64,000 bases of DNA from an uncultured Chloroflexia bacterium. Lineage in GTDB: Bacteria; Chloroflexota; Limnocylindria; Limnocylindrales; CSP1-4. The stretch lies in contig CAWEZH010000003.1 in the NCBI GenBank assembly GCA_963813535.1, forward strand, positions 768,001 through 832,000, read 5' to 3'. Numbering within the stretch: the stretch's first letter is position 1; every line of letters begins with the position of its first letter. Below, in pieces: positions 59,996-64,000 of the stretch. Position numbers and translations under genes: made by a program. Under the pieces are notes generated by a model that saw only the letters and a list, made by a program, of their open reading frames with translations, had not been told where the DNA came from and made no database searches.

Positions 59996-61015
59996 TCAGT
60001 GGGCTGGTTGGAGCTGGTGGCCCTGGCCATCGCCGGCGTCGAGCGCCTCCTCGGCGACATGACCCTCCTCGTGCTCGTGGCTCTCGATCGCCAGAGTGAT
60101 GAAGATGAGCGTCAGGACGGAGAAGATCAAAGCCTGGATGGCATTGAGCATGACTTCCAGGCCGAGCAGCGCCACGGGGATGAAGGCGATCGTCAGCGCG
60201 GTGATCACCCCGAGCGCGACCTCGCCACCGTAGATGTTGCCGAAGAGTCGCATCGACAGCGTCACGGGCTTGACGAACTCGAGCATCAGCTCGACCAGAC
60301 CGACGAACAGGGCGATCACCCCGGCCGCGACACCGTTGCGGAACTCGTAGAGCGGGAAGAACTTGCCCAGATAGCCGCGAACGCCCAGCCGGCGGAACCC
60401 CTGGAACTCGAAGTACAGGAAGCTCACGAGCGCCAGTCCGATCGTGATGTTCACGTCGCTCGTCGGGGCACGAAGCTGCGGGATCCTGCCGACCGGCGGC
60501 ACGAGACCGCTCCAGTTCGAGAACAGGATGAGGATGAAGAAGGCGATGAAGAGCGGGACGTAGGGGCGGGCCGCCGGCCCGGCGATGCTGACCCCGAAGT
60601 CGCCGAGGGACTCGTACAGGAATTCGAACGCGTTCTGCGCCTTGCCGGGCAGCAGCTGGCGACCGCGGGTCATGAGGATGACCACGACGAGCACGATGGC
60701 CATGACGATCCACATCGTGAGGATCGTGGAACTGATGCTCGGCGTGAACGTCACGAGCTCATCGGCCGGGGCCTGCGGGCCGATCACGGCGTGCGGTGCG
60801 GGGAGCTCGAGAGTGCCGTTGATGAAGCAGACCGGGAATGCGCACGGGTCACCCGGCGACCCTCCGTGCGGGTCGAAGGGCGGCACGAGGATGAACGCGA
60901 CGATGTTCCCGATGATCACCAGGCCGATGAGCAGGAACCAACGTGAGGACAGCCCGCGCCCTCGCGGCGTCGGCTGGGCCTCAGGGTCCCGGGGGTCGAC
61001 CCGCTCGCTCGACAA
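59996..61015 (-). CDS. atpB: ATP synthase Fo subunit a
   Basis: PGKAQNAFE, APTSDVN, LSMRLFGN and IQALIF motifs. TTG start after GGAGG. Confidence 0.95.
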   Translation of the reverse strand: MSSERVDPRDPEAQPTPRGRGLSSRWFLLIGLVIIGNIVAFILVPPFDPHGGSPGDPCAFPVCFINGTLELPAPHAVIGPQAPADELVTFTPSISSTILTMWIVMAIVLVVVILMTRGRQLLPGKAQNAFEFLYESLGDFGVSIAGPAARPYVPLFIAFFILILFSNWSGLVPPVGRIPQLRAPTSDVNITIGLALVSFLYFEFQGFRRLGVRGYLGKFFPLYEFRNGVAAGVIALFVGLVELMLEFVKPVTLSMRLFGNIYGGEVALGVITALTIAFIPVALLGLEVMLNAIQALIFSVLTLIFITLAIESHEHEEGHVAEEALDAGDGQGHQLQPAH

Positions 61016-61090
61016 ACGTCCTCCGCTCCACACACAGGAGCGCGGCGTTCCGCCGCGCTCGCTTCCTGCCTTCGGTCGGCCAGCCCGACC

Positions 61091-61312
61091 TCATTCTGTC
61101 GACTTGAGGAACCTCATGACCAGTCTGTAGATCGTCACTGCGCCGGCTCCGGCGCCGACGAAGAAACCGATGAGTACGAAGATCGGGATCGTCCCGAGTC
61201 GCGTATCGGCCCAGTAGCCGATCCCCACGCCCACCAGCGTCGTCACCAGGAGTGAGAGGCCGATCTCCGAGAAGAGGATCGCGTAGGCCCCGCCACGGCC
61301 GGGCTCGATCAT
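61091..61312 (-). CDS. AtpZ/AtpI-family small membrane protein
   Basis: GVGIGYWADTRLGTIPIF motif, two TMs, first gene of the atp operon. Confidence 0.85.
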   Translation of the reverse strand: MIEPGRGGAYAILFSEIGLSLLVTTLVGVGIGYWADTRLGTIPIFVLIGFFVGAGAGAVTIYRLVMRFLKSTE

Positions 61313-61372
61313 GGACGACCTGTCAAGGCAGCGGAAGTGTAGCAGCTGCGCGCCGCGGACTGCCAACGCCGG

Positions 61373-61933
61373 TCAGTTCGGCGCGACCTCGACTGAGACC
61401 GTTGGGCTCGGCGACGGCGACGGGCTCGCGACGGCCGGGACGCCGGTCGCCGACAGGACGCCGGCACGTTCGCGCGGCCAGATCCCCACGACGATCCCGA
61501 GCACGACGGCCAGGCCCAGCCCGGCTGCGAGCAGCTCGACCGACACGGTGGAGCGGGTCGGGAGGGCGGCAGGTGTCACGCTCGGCACGGGTGCCCCGGC
61601 GACGACGATCCGCTTGGGCGCCATCGCGATCGGCGGCCCACCGAGGACCTCGCGGACCACCTCTGCCCTCGCAGCGGCGGCGCGCTCGTCGATGATCCGC
61701 CGCTCCTCACGGGTCAGCGTCGAGATGCCCAGCCAGGATCGGAGTGAGTAGGCGGCGACCGACCGGTCGATGACGTCCAATGCCGGGCCCAGTGGTCCCC
61801 TTCGATCCGCGTCCGCGCCACGGTAGCGGCCGGCCTTGCGGTCGGCGTATGCACCGGTGCGCTGGGCGACCGTGGACGCCAGGAGCAGGGCCGCGATGGC
61901 GATGAAGATGACGACAGGTGGATCGATGCGCAT
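61373..61933 (-). CDS. Hypothetical membrane protein with a Pro/Ser/Thr-rich tail
   Basis: Two hydrophobic segments and an SPSPSPSPT tail; fills the gap between the wecA-like gene and atpZ. Confidence 0.6.
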   Translation of the reverse strand: MRIDPPVVIFIAIAALLLASTVAQRTGAYADRKAGRYRGADADRRGPLGPALDVIDRSVAAYSLRSWLGISTLTREERRIIDERAAAARAEVVREVLGGPPIAMAPKRIVVAGAPVPSVTPAALPTRSTVSVELLAAGLGLAVVLGIVVGIWPRERAGVLSATGVPAVASPSPSPSPTVSVEVAPN

Positions 61934-62031
61934 CGCCCGGCGGATGCTAGCACCGGTCCGTTCTGCTGCAGACCCCTCCGCACCGCACGTGTTGCGTGCG
62001 CGCCACGGCTCGCGGACCGAATCCGCGCCGG

Positions 62032-63177
62032 TCAGTGCTCATGGTCGTCCTCCATCGCGTCCGCCGTCTCGTCCTCCTTCTCGTACGACTCCGCTTCGAG
62101 CTCCTCCGGTCGGTCGAAGGCGCCGCGCGTGGGGCCGAACAGGACGAGACCGGCCACGATGAACAGGCTGAGGAATGCGTAGGCCTGCGTGACCTCCTGC
62201 ACGAGCAGGGCCAGGATCCCGAGGCCGGCGCACACCGCGTAGATGAACAGGACGGTGTTCCGATGGGACAGCCCGAGGTCGAGGAGCCGGTGGTGGATGT
62301 GGGACCGATCGGGTGTGAACGGCGAGCGTCGCTGTGACAGCCGACCGACGATGATCCAGAACGTGTCGATGATCGGGACGCCCAGAACCAGCAACGCGAC
62401 CGCCACCTTGGCGTTCCCGAGGATCGAGAGGATCGCCAGCGTATAGCCGACGAACTGGACGCCGGTCGTGCCGCTGAAGATCTTGGCCGGATAGAAGTTC
62501 CAGCGCAGGAACCCCAGGAGGGCGCCGGCCAGCGCGAAGCACAGGACCGCGATGAGCGGCTGACTCACCTGCGTCGTGAGGCTGATGACTCCGAGCGTGA
62601 CCGAGGCGATCAGGGCGACGCCGGTGCTCAACCCGTCAAGACCGTCGATCCAGTTGATGCTGTTGATCATCCCGACGATCCAGAACACCGTGACGCCGGT
62701 CGCGAAGGGCTCCACGAAGCGGATGACGCCGGGACCGAAGGGGTTGTTGATCAGGACGATGCCGATACCCAGCACCGATGCCCCCAACGCGAGCAGGACC
62801 TGGCCGAGGAGCTGCCACCGGGCGCGCAGGTCGTAGAGGTCGTCCAGCGCACCGATCAGCGCGGCGACGGCACCGCCTGCGAACAGCGCCACGAGGTCGC
62901 CGAGCGCGATGTTCAGTGGCATCGGGACCCAGCCGGCCATCTCGTTCAGGAACGCGAACGGGACCGCCACGACCAGGAATGCGACCGCGATCGCGACCCC
63001 GCCGGCCCGTGGCACCGGACGGGTGTTCACGCGACGGGCGTTCGGGCGGTCGACGATCCCGTAGCGGCGGACGGTCCGCCGCACCACCGGCGTGAGCAAT
63101 AGGGCGATCGTCGCGGTCAGCAGGAAGACCACGATGATCGGGCCGAGGCTGTCCGCGGCCCCTTCGATGAACGTCAC
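62032..63177 (-). CDS. WecA/TagO (MraY-family) undecaprenyl-phosphate GlcNAc-1-P transferase
   Basis: VPRAGG, GALDD, NSINWIDGLDGL, FLRWNFYPAKIF and DRSHIHHRL motifs. Confidence 0.9.
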   Translation of the reverse strand: MTFIEGAADSLGPIIVVFLLTATIALLLTPVVRRTVRRYGIVDRPNARRVNTRPVPRAGGVAIAVAFLVVAVPFAFLNEMAGWVPMPLNIALGDLVALFAGGAVAALIGALDDLYDLRARWQLLGQVLLALGASVLGIGIVLINNPFGPGVIRFVEPFATGVTVFWIVGMINSINWIDGLDGLSTGVALIASVTLGVISLTTQVSQPLIAVLCFALAGALLGFLRWNFYPAKIFSGTTGVQFVGYTLAILSILGNAKVAVALLVLGVPIIDTFWIIVGRLSQRRSPFTPDRSHIHHRLLDLGLSHRNTVLFIYAVCAGLGILALLVQEVTQAYAFLSLFIVAGLVLFGPTRGAFDRPEELEAESYEKEDETADAMEDDHEH

Positions 63178-63223
63178 GTCGGCGTCGCGACGGTCCGCGG
63201 CGCGTCGATCCGGGGCGCCTCGA

Positions 63224-64000
63224 TCACGCGGCCGGCAGCCCCGGTACCGGGAACCGTGCGACGATCTCCGCGACCTCGCCGGCGAGCCGGCGCTGGACGG
63301 CCTCGTCCTCGCGCGAGCGGATGGCCTCGATGATGATCCGGCCGACGCTGCGCATCTCGTCCTCGCCGAACCCACGGGACGTGGTGGCCGGCGTGCCCAG
63401 CCGGATGCCGGATGCCGTGTTGGGCGGCAGCGGATCGAACGGGATGCCGTTCTTGTTCACCGTGATGCCGATCTCGTCGAGGAGATGCTCGGCCTCCTTG
63501 CCGGTCACGCCGAGGGGCGTCACGTCCACGAGCATCAGGTGGTTGTCGGTGCCGCCCGAGACGACCCGGGCTCCCTCGCCGGCGAGTGTCTCGGCCAGCA
63601 CGGCGGCGTTCCGGATGGTCCGGCGCTGGTCCTCGCGGAACGGTTCCTCGGCAGCCAGCTTGAAGGCGACGGCCTTGCCGGCGATCACCTGCATGAGGGG
63701 ACCGCCCTGGACACCCGGGAACACGGTCTTATCGATGGCCGCCCCCAGCGATCCCTTGAGCGCCGGGAAATCGGTCGCGTCGACGCTGTCCGGAAGCTCG
63801 GTCCGGGCGAAGATCATCCCGCCGCGCGGCCCCCGGAGCGTCTTGTGGGTGGTCGTCGTGACGATGTCTGCGTGGGGGAACGGGCTCGGGTGGACGCCCG
63901 CAGCGACCAGCCCGGCGATGTGGGCCATGTCGACGAACAGGAGTGCCCCGACGCCGTGCGCGATGGCCGCCATCCGCTCGAAATCCCAGAGCCGCGGGTA
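63224..64000 (-). CDS. glyA: Serine hydroxymethyltransferase, 5' end outside the window
   Basis: [28 protein letters not shown] and SGIRLGTPA motifs. Confidence 0.97.
   Translation of the reverse strand, partial: YPRLWDFERMAAIAHGVGALLFVDMAHIAGLVAAGVHPSPFPHADIVTTTTHKTLRGPRGGMIFARTELPDSVDATDFPALKGSLGAAIDKTVFPGVQGGPLMQVIAGKAVAFKLAAEEPFREDQRRTIRNAAVLAETLAGEGARVVSGGTDNHLMLVDVTPLGVTGKEAEHLLDEIGITVNKNGIPFDPLPPNTASGIRLGTPATTSRGFGEDEMRSVGRIIIEAIRSREDEAVQRRLAGEVAEIVARFPVPGLPAA

Noticed and set aside
63178-63226. GAPDRRAADRRD peptide in frame upstream of the wecA-like gene, and GDPDRRRR in the PglF linker, resembling the Arg-rich motif
   Set aside because: The first has no plausible in-frame start. 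DRR arises easily in GC-rich frames, and neither has the YxGP core.

Overview
High-GC bacterial chromosomal segment with no mobile element, rRNA, tRNA or CRISPR array detected. The host is probably a monoderm Chloroflexota; this is inferred from gene content and order only. The window has three blocks. (1) 1-34 kb is a large envelope-glycosylation island. It holds about 11 predicted GT-C-fold membrane glycosyltransferases (GT87-like, GT39/ArnT-like, PIG-V-like, an O-antigen-ligase-like protein, and two paralogues of an unnamed family), with a twelfth at 47 kb. It also has two polyprenol-phosphate sugar synthases, nucleotide-sugar enzymes, a PglC/PglF/PglE-like set, a Wzx flippase, three methyltransferases and two membrane-fused spermidine-synthase-like proteins. 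Many of these genes appear to be leaderless. (2) 34-48.5 kb is a DegS/DegU-like module translationally coupled to two GT39-like genes: a sensor-less kinase, a NarL regulator with an N-terminal tandem YxGPERR/GPDRR motif like the c-di-GMP-binding motif of Cle proteins, and an ATPase-degenerate pseudokinase. It is followed by five flp pilin genes, four with their own terminator and three of those with a recognisable promoter, then cpaB-cpaE-cpaF-tadB-tadC-DUF192-comF-hpf-nfo. (3) 48.6-64 kb is mostly housekeeping: XRE regulator, flippase-like and PHP genes, mreB, murA, the F1Fo atp operon, wecA/tagO-like and glyA. The best candidate for an undescribed system is a split-kinase, possibly c-di-GMP-gated regulator controlling a multi-copy, possibly glycosylated Tad pilus. 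Two single-base frameshifts are visible. All product calls rest on motif recognition; no database searches were run.
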